A program made the position numbers and the translations under genes. A stretch of DNA of 63,577 nucleotides, filler included, from Neolecta irregularis DAH-3 (taxonomy: Eukaryota): NCBI GenBank assembly GCA_001929475.1. It is 8 parts of 8 records of this genome, joined end to end, with 100 filler letters (N's around TTAATTAATTAA, not from the genome) between each part and the next. Parts side by side here need not be neighbours in the genome. Positions count along the whole stretch, not along the records: positions 42,479 to 54,639 come from LXFE01000225.1; positions 54,740 to 61,121 come from LXFE01002692.1; positions 61,222 to 62,360 come from LXFE01000228.1; positions 62,461 to 63,577 come from LXFE01002703.1; 4 more parts are not named here. One strand, 5' to 3'. Below, piece after piece: positions 49,251 to 62,493 of this stretch. The first letter of the stretch is position 1; every line of letters begins with the position of its first letter. The notes beneath the pieces were generated by a model. It saw only the letters and a program-made list of their open reading frames with translations, searched no databases and had not been told where the DNA came from.

Positions 49251-50898
49251 TCACTGCTGCGCTTTCTTGATGGCTTCAAGGAAATCACTGGCCATTTCAG
49301 GCGTTTTTATCCGTAGAGCCCATTGCTCGATACCTGACTCTGTGGCAACTGGTACACGAATATAAGTCTTCTCCATTCTATAAGTTAAATTTTTGTTGAT
49401 CCAGGCATTCTGCATAGTCGGCAGGGCGAAAGCAAGGAGAATACATACCATGATTATTTTCCCATTTCCTTCCACTCGACAGATTATACGACCCTTTCCA
49501 GTTTTCGAGTTTAAGTTGACTTTTGAAATCCCGACACCTTGCAATTCAAGATGACCATTTATATATTTAGTGACTTTTGTTCTGCCAGAATAAATCGTCT
49601 CTTCGTCTTCTTCGCCCTCTCCTTTTGCTAGAGCCAAGTCTTCTTTCTTTGAATCTTCGTCTTTCGACTCTTTATCATCGCTACTGTCATTTTCCTCGTC
49701 CTTTTCAGGGGAAGGTTCGGTTTTTGGCTGAGGAGTGAACGAGAATCCCACATCAGAGCTCTTGAATGTGTTGGGAACTGATTCTGAGCTTGATATTGGG
49801 TTCGCGAAGGAAAATGTGGGGGCAGATCCAAACTTGATACCACGTCCGGGTGTCCAACTGAAGTTTCCTGCAGGGTTTGAAGGCGTGCTGCTTTCGGCTT
49901 TCGGCTTTTCTGACTTATCATCTGTTGTCTTTGAGCTTTCAAATGAGAAGCTTGGTTTATTCTCAGGCGCTTTGAAGACGAATGGAGGGCCAGAAACAGA
50001 GGTGGGAGGCGGTTCAGATTTCGTTGTTGTGGAGCCAAAAGTGAATGGTGAGATTGTAGGCTTATCTGTTTTGGAAGGATTAAAGGTAAAGACAGGCGGA
50101 TTATCGCTCTTTACTGATATGCCAAACACAGAAGAGGGTTTATCTTCAGCTGATTCTCGATTCGCAGATCCGAAAGAAAAAGGAGTTTCTGGGAGAGACT
50201 CGCTAGCTGTATATCCGGACGCTCTAAATAACGAGTCAGCTGTTGGGGATTTGAATCGAAATTCAGGAATATTTTGCGGCACAGTCTCATTTTTATCTAG
50301 CAATGGTGTGGATGGGCCGCTGCTCTTTGGAGATTCAATCTCGTTGTAAAATTCCTGGTATTCCGCTGTAGCTTTTCGCAGATCCACAAAATTATCCGCT
50401 TCAACTGCTGCCCGGACACATTCTTTAAAATGATGATTTAGTCCACGGATCTTCAGTAAACGGTCATATTCCGGATTATCTTGCGGTGTTGGCAGCGGCT
50501 ATGAAATCAGAAAAATATACAGAATTCTAGTTACTGTAGATATTCCTGAGTTGGCTAATGAGGCAAATGGATTTGAAGATGTTTGTGGTTTCTGGAAAGG
50601 GTTGATTTGAGAAAAATTGTCCTGCAATCGGGATCAGTGAATATTTGACAAAGATAGCGAGCATCTCCCACCTTCCTTCGGCTTTTTGGCATGGCAATTC
50701 TGGACCGGTTAGCTACATTCCACTTCATTTGGGCTTACTTTCGTGAAGCCATTTGAGCGGCGGATGCTACTTCAGGCTTCTCTTCAGAACGATCTCGCTC
50801 ATCACCAGGCTTTTCCAGTTAGGAAAGCTTCATTCACTTGGTTGGCATACATCAAAGTCATCTTTAGTAAGTTGGTTTTTAGCTTGTCTTTTGGACAT
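49251..50898 (-). CDS. NUP2: Nup2/Nup61 (Nup50-like) nucleoporin with FxF repeats and RanBD
   Basis: MSKRQAKNQLTKDDFD, RKIAMPK, FSWTPGRGIKF, GEGEEDEETI..GVG..GKGRIICR.EG.G. Confidence 0.9.
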
Positions 50899-51970
50899 TT
50901 CGTAGTCGAGATGGTTGTAAAGAACGGAAATTAGCTTTCGTCGGCGAAACATTCTCCCCCTGTACCCAACCGCCGCAACATAGATTCAACAGCAAGGATT
51001 TCTATATACGATATGAGAACAAGCCAATTTCATTTTCATAATTCTTTGGGCCTTGTACTATTCTTTGTATCTTTCATAGAAAGATTAATTAAGTAACCGT
51101 GCGGCATGTCGAATGCCGGGGATCAGTAATATGAATGATATCGAGAAGAGTTTTGGCTTCCAAAGCAGTGTCCCTTGGTTCAAAACTGAAAGTCTTTGGG
51201 ACTACATGAGTAACTTGAAGTTTTTGACTTTGATTCCATCAGTACTAAGGTTGATATGGATCAGTTCGTTAGCCGGGAGTCTACGAAGGCTCGACATGTC
51301 AGGATTAATTTTTGCATAATTTTCCATTACTTGCAGAAACAACTATCCTATCAATCTGGTAAAAACGGGATCGATTTCTCGACAAGAGGGTCTGACACTT
51401 CGCAGAACTTTTCACAGAAGTATGAAGATGACAGATAAAACACCAAGCTGGAGCTCATTGAATTGGATACATATCGGATGGACCCTGGATCCGATTCTTA
51501 CCCATGGACACACGAATGAAACAAAAATAGTTGCCTAATATGTAACTTTTCTCCGAGCTTCTTTCGAATCACTAATGGAGAATGTTTCACTATATTGGGG
51601 GTAAAATTCCAATTCTTCCATTGTTCAACCAGAGCCCCGGTGAACTTGATGAAACAGGGAACATAGTGCAGTTCTATAAGATTGAGATGAGGGATGAACA
51701 ACTGGGAACAAATGAAGTCTATCGTGTTGTATCTTGTATAGATTATAATTCAAGTTATATTAATATTTATATTTGCAATTGGTTTGAATATCTCACTGCA
51801 TTTATTGCAAACGAGGAGATCGTTTGAGTGTTTGAAATGATTACGATAATTGCGGTAATAGCATTTGAGAGAGCGAGGTTTGAGTGAAATAACGGTATAG
51901 AGCAAGGAAAAATGAGCTAAAATCAATTTAGTATGAGATGCGACAAGTAAATTTACCGGTCATCTTATTT

Positions 51971-52710
51971 CTAAAGTAGTCCATTGAAAAGCCTATCAAG
52001 AAGTCCACCGGTAATACCATTATCTTCAAACAATCCACTTAGTCTACGAAAATTAGCAGATAATCGAGGTAAAATATGACATACAACTTCTGGAGAATAG
52101 GTCCTAATCCGCCATCGTCAGTACCAAGAGTCTTGTTCAAGATTTGGATAAGAATATTTAAACTCGAGAAGAGCCCTTGGCAAATCCTATTGAGGTCAGC
52201 GTTGGACAAATGAACGTAGACATCCTCGTAGTATAGCAAGGACGACCCAGAAGACGCAATTTCTTGGGTGGTTGATATAAGTTGAGCACCTAGTTCTTTT
52301 AAAGATTCTGTAATCTCATCCAATAAAACTTTTCTTTCCAGCTCAGAACCATCAAAATGTTCAGGAAGATTGTTTGCCGCTTTTATTGCGGCGAGAATAT
52401 TGTTACTCATGTTTAAAAGCTCCGACGTGATTACATGGAATTTGGACTGAGGATTATCGCTTTCGACACTTGCTTCTTTCAAAAAGTCAAGCGCATTTAG
52501 ATGAGGAAGCATACTAATTTTCATGCCTGAAGCGGCGGTTCCGGATTTGAGTCCGTCGACAATCTGAAGTGCCTGGTCATTGACAGAAGTCTCAAAAGGT
52601 TTAGCAGGTATGGAAGCAACTAGGTTAAGCTAATGGCGAATGAAATATGAAGAGTTACTTATGAGGAAGAAGATGACCGTGAGAGAAGAAATATTTCGGA
52701 CGAGCTGCAT
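51971..52710 (-). CDS. Hypothetical secreted all-helical protein, 3 exons
   Basis: TATA-like element upstream; signal MQLVRNISSLTVIFFLIIA; two GT-AG introns give a continuous frame ending GLLDRLFNGLL*. Confidence 0.65.
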
Positions 52711-54349
52711 TTTGAAAAGAATATGTCTAAGAGGGAATGAAGGGGACCACCTTCCTTATAAAGAACAATGAGTAGAGCGTCATTGAGACAAGGTCGTAAG
52801 CCTGCAGAAGACTGCATGTCATAGTTTGTCCGAGCAGCAAGCGCTTTGCCGACGGACTTGCGTGAAATAGCCATATTGTCTTTGGCGGTCTCGATCTCCC
52901 TGAAAATGTATGGAAAAGTTTATTAGTATTGAAAGGAGAGTAGGCATCATATTATCGCCAATTATTCTGGAGTCTTGCAAGCTGAATAAACCAATCTCCG
53001 CAGATCAATTGAAGGAGACCGGCCCAGAATACAGGCGGTTGATTGCTATGATTCAGTCAACGTCTGGTTTGGCCAGTCAAAATTCCAGGTCTTAATTGGC
53101 CTTACGATACTCAGTGTAAGACGATTGTTCTCAGTTCTAATTAGGTTGTTTGTAGAGTTCTGGGTCTATTCGATGCGTTTCTTTAGGGTGAAACAGATCA
53201 AGTGGATATTTAGTAAAGTCCATTAAGCTGTATTCCCAGTGTCAAAGATCGATATGTTGCGCAGAGATGAATGTGGTTGGTAGATCATCAAACCATATGC
53301 TGCCTTTGCACATTAAGTCATTGTTTTATCCCTCAATTAGGATATATCATTCCGCAAGAAATTGGCGATGAAGTCTGAAGGATAATTTTCCATGCGTGTA
53401 CCGAGATTTGTTGAAATGGAGAACTTGGTGGAGCATAAAACAAGTGGAATGACGTCAGACTCGCTATTGATGTTTACTTCTTACCCGAATAGGTCCACTT
53501 TACCTAAAGTCGACGTAGCACGATGGCGGAGGACCGCGGAAAAAGAGAATAAACACTAATAAAATCCAAATACGCACAGCGATCGCAGCGAATTCATTCG
53601 CCATCGTATACGAATTCATTCGCCATCGTATAATCACTTTCGTTCGCCCAATTCCTCTCGGTCAAGCTCGACGATACCCACCCACCTGGTTATGAAGTAT
53701 ATATGTTAGCACATCCGCCCCAGTCATATCTCTGCAGACAGTCTTCGACTGCAGAAAAGGTACTAGACATTCTCTTGTCCATGTAAGTACACATACTTAC
53801 CTTTATTTAGGTCTATATCAAAGTCATCCCGTTCAACAACTTATTTCCCTACAGAAATGCATATTATTCCTGTTCTCACGCATCGTCACATACTCCGCTT
53901 CCTTTATATCTGAATCATCAACCACGACTTACTAAAGACATCACACTCCCTCCAATAGACTTCACTATCTTAATCTTTCTTCTTGGCTTCATCATGCCCC
54001 CGCTATGGCTAATGCTCGCGTTTATTCCTGATGCACTGTTATGTCAACCTAGGAGGATATGGAAGATTCTCTCAATTATCATGTGTTTGGTTACGTTTGT
54101 CTTTTGTGTTTGCTGTCTGGCGTTTGGGTTATCTCTGGTTTGAACGTTATTTTCTTATGTAAATTCATAACACTGTGGAAAGGACAAGGTTGAGTGAAAA
54201 ACACACATTTATACAATACAATCTCATTTCTTTCGTGCAGGTGACTAGAATATATGCAAACATCTACAAGACCCGTCAAACGCTTCATTGCTGTTAAGCT
54301 CCAGATAGTACCCGACAGCAGATATATACAGTTGTGCTATACTCTTTCA

Positions 54350-54639
54350 TCAAGGAAACTTGCGAACTGCATGGCGTCGTGGGGGAAGTCCTTGTGCGAG
54401 TCTTATGGCCGCCAAGTCCTCTGCCGATATTTCGTTTACCTTTTCCTTTACACACTTCTCTGAGAGAAAGTCTGTGTCCGAAAGATCGCTAAGATCGGAA
54501 GACGATTCATGTTTCTGAATAAGGATATTATGATGTTTGGCGTCATAAGCAGGTGTACTAGTTACACCGATAAGGTTGGTGTGAGGCTGATGACGATTCA
54601 ATCGAGTCTTACTAGAGGGCTTTTGTGGAGGAAACGTGG
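54350..54639 (-). CDS. Possible 3' fragment of an unknown gene (5' end in the gap)
   Basis: Open frame from the gap to ..DLAAIRLAQGLPPRRHAVRKFP*. Confidence 0.3.
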
Positions 54640-54739
54640 NNNNNNNNNNNNNNNNNNNNNNNNNNNNNNNNNNNNNNNNNNNNTTAATTAATTAANNNNN
54701 NNNNNNNNNNNNNNNNNNNNNNNNNNNNNNNNNNNNNNN

Positions 54740-55019
54740 GACCTCGCATTTTTAAGTTTTTATGAGCTACTATTTCTCCAACTGTTCCATAACTCGAGAA
54801 GAGAGCTTGCAGGGATTCTTTAAGTGCTACCGTCAGTTGGTGCATATTAATAATGGTACCCAAGATCTTTACGCGTTCATTGATATTCCGAACATAAACG
54901 GTATTTGATGGAGTAGTTGGAGGTGGAGCAGAGGGGTGTTTCTGCACTTTGGGCCAAGATCCAGAATTGGGCCCTGTGTATTGCGGCTGCTGAAAACTCT
55001 GCGACAACGGTGCGTTCAT
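54740..55019 (-). CDS. U1A/U2B''-family snRNP RRM protein, 3' end in the gap
   Basis: PSNTVYVRNINERVK..LKESLQALFSSYG.V.EIVAHKNLKMRG. Confidence 0.88.
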
Positions 55020-55152
55020 GGAGTTTGTGCGTGAGGCAAGTGACCTCTATGATCTCTAGTCACGTGATGATGGAGTAGTACTACAGAGTCTTTTCGTACC
55101 AGAAAGTAGAGAATTGTGATATCTGTGGTCAAGGGAAAATCTATGAATTATT

Positions 55153-55646
55153 CAGTCTATCAGACCGTCCAGACCGACTTGACCCTTTGGTCTGGTCCGT
55201 CTGGGCCAAAATTATTACCGGTCTGGTCTGGTCTACTTAGACGGTCTATTTGGTCCAGTCGGTTAGGAACGAAGACGACGCTGCGCCAGGCTGCCACCGA
55301 AGAGTACAGCCGCGGGTTTGCAGGCAGCGGGCGGTGAGCAGCCAGCGTCCACAGCAGCAGCACGCCCAGCTCCGCACCCGCAATAGCTGCGGCCGCACAC
55401 ACCACCGCCCGCCACTGCCGGTGCGCTGCCGCTGCTCCCAACTCCGCCGCGTGCAGCAGGTGCGGCCATGCAAGCCCTGACAGCGCTTACACAAAGAACC
55501 CCAGCGGCAAGCAGTGCACATGTTAGGCCCGGCCTGGCCCATGGGCAGGTCCATGAAAAAGCCCATGGGCCAGGCCGGACCCTCAGAAAAGTCCACGGGC
55601 CAGGCTTTTTATAAAGCCCATGGGCTTCGGCTCATTGCCAACACTG
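55153..55646. mobile_element. Composite non-autonomous element: AGACC/GGTCT-rich left arm, GC-rich internal fragment, CCCATGGG-rich right arm ending CCAACACTG
   Basis: Right end is the reverse complement of the CAGTGTTGG terminus seen at 35041; no TSD found. Confidence 0.55.
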
Positions 55647-56112
55647 CATGATGATGTATTTGTACTCAATTGATACTCAATCCAATCAATACCTGGGATC
55701 TTAAGACCAGGGCTGTTTGGTCTAGCATAGAAGGTTGGAGGACGTAAAGGTGACCGCCTCTGGTCAAATTATACATCATTGTTCTATGTTGCCGTTTATC
55801 ACATTTTCGACAAGATTGACCCCCTTAGCCGTCGCTAGATAATTTTGTCCTCACTCACATTGGTATTGATGTGCCCGCAATGAGTATTCACACTTTCAAT
55901 GATTGGTGTAAAGTGACTGTTACTGCTTGCAGTTTCCCACTACAAGAAAGAGATACTTGTTTAGGTCCTTTGTACCTGCTGATCTTTAAACTTTGCCAAC
56001 TGTTTAAAAGAAATTGATGGTTATCATCAAGATGTTCAGATTCTTCAGTGGATCAAATGGTGGTGCACTTTAGATAGTACTGTTTCAATAGACATTTCTA
56101 GGGTTCTTATCT

Positions 56113-58447
56113 CTACTCCAATACAACCCTTCCACCAGCCCAAACGAAGCCATAGTTTCTTCGATACCAATTGCAAAAGCCATTTCGTCTCAATGTTGGG
56201 TGTGTTGCCCAGCTTTGCCCGACAACTATATTATGTTTCCCATCAAAAAAGTCAGAGGTATATCCTAGGTAAACATCATCATCTTGAAACAGGGCATGTT
56301 TTTCGAGGCAACTCGACGTCCAATCCCAAAGGCCAGCTTTGGGGAGCCAATAGTGAAATGAAGGAAATGGACTACATGATGGTTGGGATGGAGGTGGACA
56401 ATGGATAGCATTGCCGTTTGAATGCCCATTTATCCCACACTCTCGAATAAGTTCCCAATAAAGCCGCATTTCTCCTTCATTGGGTAATCGTCCTCCGACT
56501 TCTTTTGCAAATCCATCAAGCTCGTCAAAACTTGCTGCAACTGGCCAGTTTCCCGCAATTGAAAGATCAATTGGCCCATAAAATGTCTTCACTTGCCGGT
56601 CATTGGTCCAAGATTTTGGTAGAGGAAGGAGTGGGTGTCTAAAGAGATAGTCGGAATATTGAGAATTTGTTATTTGTGACGATAAACGGAAAGTGGAAAC
56701 AGTGAAACTTCGAGAGGGACTTTCGTTGTCCCACCCATATTTCTCTGATTCATTATCTTGACCTACTCGGAATGATCGCCCAGGAATATCCTTCCACTCA
56801 AGCCCGACAGGTGCTTCAGGACGCATAACAGGCATTGGAAACCCGGGGGGCGAAATGGTTTCATTGCTTTGAACAAGCATGTACAAAAGACTGGTAGTAA
56901 GTGAATCCTAGTTTCAAAGTGATTTACGTTTCAAGATGCATAGCAGTATGTTCAAATCCTAACCAAGTCGCTCTCTTCAGGTTTTCGCTCATGTCACCGC
57001 TGAGAACACTTTTTAGGCGATCCCGGACAACATACATATACAAGAGAATCTCCTGTTTTGATGGCCATGATTTCGGTACAGGTGGGTGTGGGTGACAGGA
57101 CAGGGTTTCTTCATCAGGATCAATTCCTCGCTCAAATATCTTGGAAAAATAAGCATTGGTCGACGGTTCTGATTGAACTCGTGATAGATGAATGTCGATA
57201 AATGCCGGGATGTGACCTTCCTGTTAATCGAGACGGGATCTCTGGATTTACCAAGATAGAAAATACATTCATGACGAGAATCAATTGGTTTCTTGTCAAG
57301 CAATGAATCGGGAATCATTCCTTGGGTGATGAGATCCCACGCATGCCACAAAATATCCCATTCTGCCATTGTAGGAATTTTTGTAGTTGGCTGGGGAAAT
57401 TCAAAAGGTGCAACATATGTGAGGTGAAGATCAATAATTAGCTCAGGAAATGGAAAGCTGATATACCATACATCTCTTGAGAATCTGCCCATCGCCCAAG
57501 AGGGTGCAGTTTGGCTTTTACCCACAAATCGTTTGTTTCTTCTTCGTTCCACTTCCAACTCTCCTCACAAAGAAACTTGGTCCCTGGGTTGACAAAGATA
57601 CCATCGACAAGGTTCATTTTTCGTTTACTAACGTACCATGCTTGATGAGCACCAAGTTCCTCGTCGTATCGTCCTTCATATTCCCAATCATCTCGGTTAA
57701 AAACAGGCTTCCCAAATACTCGATTTGCATGATCGAGACCGTTCAGTATGAATTCTCTAGTAATATGCTCAGAGTCATTATATGCCTTTTGAACTTTATC
57801 CAAGGGATTTCGACGATCAATTCCAATAAGTAGCTGATCGCCTGGATTCAATTTCTTTTGAAATTGACCGAGAAACTGGACTGCCTCATTGCGAGACAAG
57901 TTCCCAATGGATGAACCAAGCCATAATACAACTTTTGGGGTTTGAATGGGAAGCGATGCAAGAAATGCAAGACCGTCATTGTAGGTTCCGTGAAGACCTC
58001 CCGTAGTTACATGAGCATACTTTGGTAGGGCTGAGAGCGATCTTTCGAGTTCGGAGAGGGACAAATCGAGTGCGCAGTAATGAACATCTTTCTTTGCTTC
58101 GTCAAGGGCGGATAGAATGAGATTGGTCTTGCGCAATACGCTACAAGATTTAATAAAGCAAACAAGCACTGGTGGGTGTCACACCCACTGCCTAACTCAA
58201 TGATAATACTTTTATCTTTGACAAAAGTCACAATTTCCTTGGCATGATTCTTCAAAACGTCGAGCTCGGCTTCAGTCAAGTAGTATTCCTTCAAGTGGGT
58301 AATTTTCTCAAACAGTTGAAGACCCTTGTCGTTGTACAAAAGGATAGTTGGAAACTCCCCTTGGCGAAGGTATTCTAAAAGCGAATCCGGCGAATGGCCA
58401 TTGTGCAGATCCGGATGTAAGCGTATATCGACTATAGATGGCACCAT
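56113..58447 (-). CDS. EGT1: Ergothioneine biosynthesis protein 1 (histidine methyltransferase plus sulfoxide synthase)
   Basis: PTILLYNDKGLQLFEKIT..EYYLT, IELGSG, WLGSSIGN, AYNDSE.ITREFILNGL, IFYLGHIP, FEHTAMHLETLLYM, YGWDNE, DFFDGKHN; one junction appears to be GT-TG. Confidence 0.95.
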
Positions 58448-58877
58448 AGTGTTTGACTGAGATGCAATTTTACGGTGGTGGCTATATAAAGACAACTGCG
58501 GGGAGCCCCACTGCGTCACTGAGGCGTTACGTAATGAAACTCAAATAGAATACAAGGCGGACACCAAAGAATGTCTTAGTATCGGTTATCTTCATTATTT
58601 GAAGAAAGCAAAAAGCGCCGGAGACGGGTACCAAGTATTTGTTGATTGAAGTTGTCGAAGGAAATGTCGGTGGAGCGTGACTTGACTCTTAAACTCTGAT
58701 CGGATCTTTAGCCTCTGTTCAGACCTCGAATCCGATCCTCAGTCTCCCTCCATATGAAGGAATCCAGAAGTGACGATTATTTTCCATCCTGCAGTTCCGA
58801 TCCGTGACTAGATTCATTTCTTCAGTCAGACAGTTTCAAGGTTGATGAAAAAATAATGATGTTTCAGGAGCCAAGTA

Positions 58878-59077
58878 CAGTGTGGGCAACCACCCCACTA
58901 GTGACACCCGGTGGGCCACCGGATGGATAGTAATCCACCCACCCATCCATCGGAGAAATGTGGCTGACCACCCGACGGGTGCCACCTGGTCCTGGTGCTG
59001 CACCAGGTGGCTTAGTTATCCACCCACCCACCCACCAAAGTGTATGGGTGGGGTTGGTCTGGTGGTTGGCCACACTA
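58878..59077. mobile_element. 200-bp MITE, hAT-like
   Basis: 17-bp imperfect TIR CAGTGTGGGCAACCACC / GGTGGTTGGCCACACTA; degenerate 8-bp TSD GCCAAGTA / TCCGAGTA; internal CCACC repeats. Confidence 0.85.
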
Positions 59078-59367
59078 TCCGAGTAGGTCCCTTAAAACAG
59101 GGGTTTGTTTCTTTAAGAGATTGACCTCTATAAAGGGGTTCCTTGAAATTCATCCCGTTTATGCTGTTTGTAAACTAAAATCCACATAAAATTGAGTCTC
59201 CACAATAGATGTATTCACAAGTTCAAGGTGAAGAATCATTGCATTGATCGAAACGACTCCAGTCTATTGATATAGCGATCATCGATGAATCTCATTCCAC
59301 GTTAGGAATTGTTGGGGATCCCAACATCTTTTACATAAAGCAAAGCTACAGGTTTGTTTGCAGAGAT

Positions 59368-60300
59368 CTATAAAAGATGGATTGACAGAAATAATGATAC
59401 GGCATAGTCAATGATAATAGGACGCATTGTAGATGAGGAATGAGTCTCTTGCGAACATAAATTATGTAGCAGGTTAAGAATTCGTCTTTTAAGTTGGACA
59501 ATGGAACAGAGCACAAGTTCCGTTTCGACCTTTTTGATCAGTTGTTCCATCTACGAGCCCACGTCAATTCAAGTATACTTGGTAGGTTTTCCTGTGTCAA
59601 TTGTCAGAAGAGAAGAATATCAAGATGAAAAGACTCTGGTCCAAGTAATGCATTTCCAATTCCAATATCTGTCGATTTGATTGTTTTCATCTCTTGAACT
59701 AGCTTCTGAAAATATACCTATTAGATCTAGCAACTAGGATTTTCATTCGGCATGAAGTTGGAAAACAGAGAGTCTTCATGCCCATAGTTAATGCACAATA
59801 TTCCTTACGTCTGACAATTGAAAAGCTTTAGGGTGCACTCACCAGTAATATCATGATATTTGGGTCTGTCGCGCAGAATCCGTCCCAAGGGATAAAGTCA
59901 GGAAAAGAATGGAGATGGAGTGAATGTTGATTGTTGTGAATTGGAGGGTAGTAGCGGGTAGCATTGTTAAAGTTGTTCTTTTGATCTTTGATATATTCTT
60001 ATGTGAAGAAAGAGGGGCGGGGGACTGATCTATATACTTGCAGAACACAACATACTTCCTTCCAGTACACACTGTAGGTAAAAAGGAAAAGCTAAGCTAA
60101 GCCCCATTTACATACGGTGACTCGTCAACACGCCCCATACTCCCGGTACGAAGATACTCTTGAGAAGACAGAGGACCGACGTCGGAAGCAGAATCGTGCC
60201 AAAATAGGTAGGATAGTGAATTGTGAATGAGATTGGTGATAGTAAAAATCGTGGAGAAAGAGGGGAGGAAGGAGCTTGAATAAGGAGACCTGATGGCGTC
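59368..60300 (-). pseudogene. Multi-exon unknown gene or relic next to a transposon
   Basis: Several intron-like GT..AG segments separate short coding-like frames; no continuous model could be built. Confidence 0.3.
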
Positions 60301-60319
60301 GTGTTAGGCAAAAATCCTG

Positions 60320-61121
60320 ATAACGGGCGAGGAGGGCGGCTCAGGGTTAGGAGGGCGGGCAGTAACAGGTGAGAGGACAGGGGCGATAACGGACCAGGAG
60401 GGGGAGTAGTAATGGGCGAGGTGGACGGGGCGATAGCAGGCAAGGAGGGCAGGTGATAACAGGCAATAACAGGCCAGAGGGCGGGCAGTAACAAGCGAGG
60501 AGGGCAGGCGATAACGGGCGAGAATGGCGGGGCAGTAATGGGCAGGAGAGTGAGAGGAAGCAAGTATGGGAGTAAGAGGAAGCAAGCAGAGCCTTTTCCA
60601 TGTCACTTTGATAAACGCGATAAATCTTACACAATCGAATATCACGTGATACGGCCCATTAGGCCAACCAGGATTTTTTCCAAAGTCCTCCATGGACTTT
60701 TAATGGGCTGGATTAAGTCCATGGTCCATCCACAACACTGTGGAAGGATTAGTATGCCAGTCGCCTGCTGGAAAAATATGATCTGTGCACCCGCCGGAGC
60801 CTCTCTGGCGGGTGGGGCCTCTCAGGTCTGATTTTTATGCCTCCCGCCTTCACCAAGAGATCCAACCGCCCATCTGGAGAATGCTCTGGCAGGCTGTTAG
60901 GTTGTATGGGGTTTGGTAGTTTCCTGCATGTGATGTTTCTTCAAAGGTCCCCTTTTGATTTTCTTGTATTGAATTTGTTGGCAGACAATTAGTTTTGCCT
61001 TTAAATTTTGATCCCGATAGTGTTTGTTTCGTTTGAATGCGTTGGTTGGTTGTTCAACTATGAATTGATTTGCAATTTGCTCAAAGTTACACTCGCGAGA
61101 TTTGTCATGGATCACGTGATA
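60320..61121 (-). mobile_element. Composite hAT-like non-autonomous element with internal ~20-bp minisatellite
   Basis: 60900-61121 and 60320-60670 are homologous (reverse complement) to 62690-62900 and 62940-63300; internal CAGTGTTG end at 60740. Confidence 0.8.
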
Positions 61122-61221
61122 NNNNNNNNNNNNNNNNNNNNNNNNNNNNNNNNNNNNNNNNNNNNTTAATTAATTAANNNNNNNNNNNNNNNNNNNNNNN
61201 NNNNNNNNNNNNNNNNNNNNN

Positions 61222-62298
61222 CCAGATCGGCCCCCACGGCCGCCGCATCTCCCCCCCGCGCCCCCCAGCATACGCCCCCCTCGCCTTCCTCCTCTCCCAG
61301 CAACTGGTAGACGCCCTCTACAACGCTAAAGGTATCCCCCCCCGCAGACCCTTCTACAGCCAAGGCATCTCCCGCTTTTACACCCACCAGGCACAGGCCA
61401 TCAACAACATACACAACGGCCACAACGTCATCGTCGCCACGCAAACATCCAGCGGGAAATCCCTCATCTACCAGCTCCCCGTCCTCCATGCCCTTCAAAG
61501 CGATATTGAGACCCGCGCCTTTTACATCTTTCCCACAAAGGCCCTCGCCCACGACCAGAAACGCGCCTTCCAGGAATTCATCGCCTACATGCCAGATCTC
61601 AAACACATCCTCATAGACACTTTTGACGGCGATACTCCCAAGACCGACAGAACAAGAATAAGAAGCAACGCAAGTCTCATCTTTACAAATCCAGACATGC
61701 TGCACCTCAGCATCCTCCCAAACCACGCCCACTGGCACGCCTTTTTGCGACATTTGAAATTCATAGTCGTCGATGAATTGCACGTGTATAATGGCTTGTT
61801 TGGATCCCACGTCGCTTTGGTAATGAGACGGCTAACTAGACTTGCCGCTGCACTCGGGAACACAACCATTCAATTCATCTCTTGCAGCGCTACCATCGCC
61901 AATCCAACACAGGTAACTGCAATCCAACACCTGCTAAATTTAGCATATGAAATCACTGTTTGGAGTGGATAATATCTCGCTTATAGATCAAGATGGTTCT
62001 CCTTCCGGTCGCAAGGAATTCATTTGTTGGAATCCACCCCTTCTCGAATCGTCCCGTCGTAAGAGCGCAATAGGCGAAGCAGCATACCTATTCATCCAAC
62101 TAATCCTGAATAATATCCGGTCTATTGCATTTTGTCAGGTGCGAACGACCTGTGAAGCTTTGACTAGAACTGTTCGTGAGGAATTACTTGCTTTGGGTAA
62201 AAATGATTTGTTGGAACGCGTTGCGAGTTATCGTGGAGGGTATACTTGCCACGACCGCCGTAAAATTGAAAAAGAAATGTTTAATGGGCAATTGTTAG
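61222..62298 (+). CDS. HRQ1: RecQ4-like helicase Hrq1, internal fragment between two gaps
   Basis: [78 protein letters not shown]. Confidence 0.95.
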
Positions 62299-62493
62299 GT
62301 ATCATTTCAAGATGCTTAGAATGATGGATTAGGTATCATTTCAAGATGCTTAGAATGATGNNNNNNNNNNNNNNNNNNNNNNNNNNNNNNNNNNNNNNNN
62401 NNNNTTAATTAATTAANNNNNNNNNNNNNNNNNNNNNNNNNNNNNNNNNNNNNNNNNNNNCATTACGATGACTCATATCTTTAATATTGTCAT

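Noticed and set aside
49735..50349. Long antisense ORFs (also 6756-7304 and 61166-61810)
   Set aside because: Antisense shadows of NUP2, RSM22 and HRQ1.
53790..53830. ATACTTACC resembling the U1 snRNA 5' end
   Set aside because: No U1 stem-loops or Sm site follow; it reads as a GGTAAGTAT splice donor on the minus strand.
62295..62360. 34-bp tandem duplication in an HRQ1 intron
   Set aside because: At the contig edge; probable assembly artifact.
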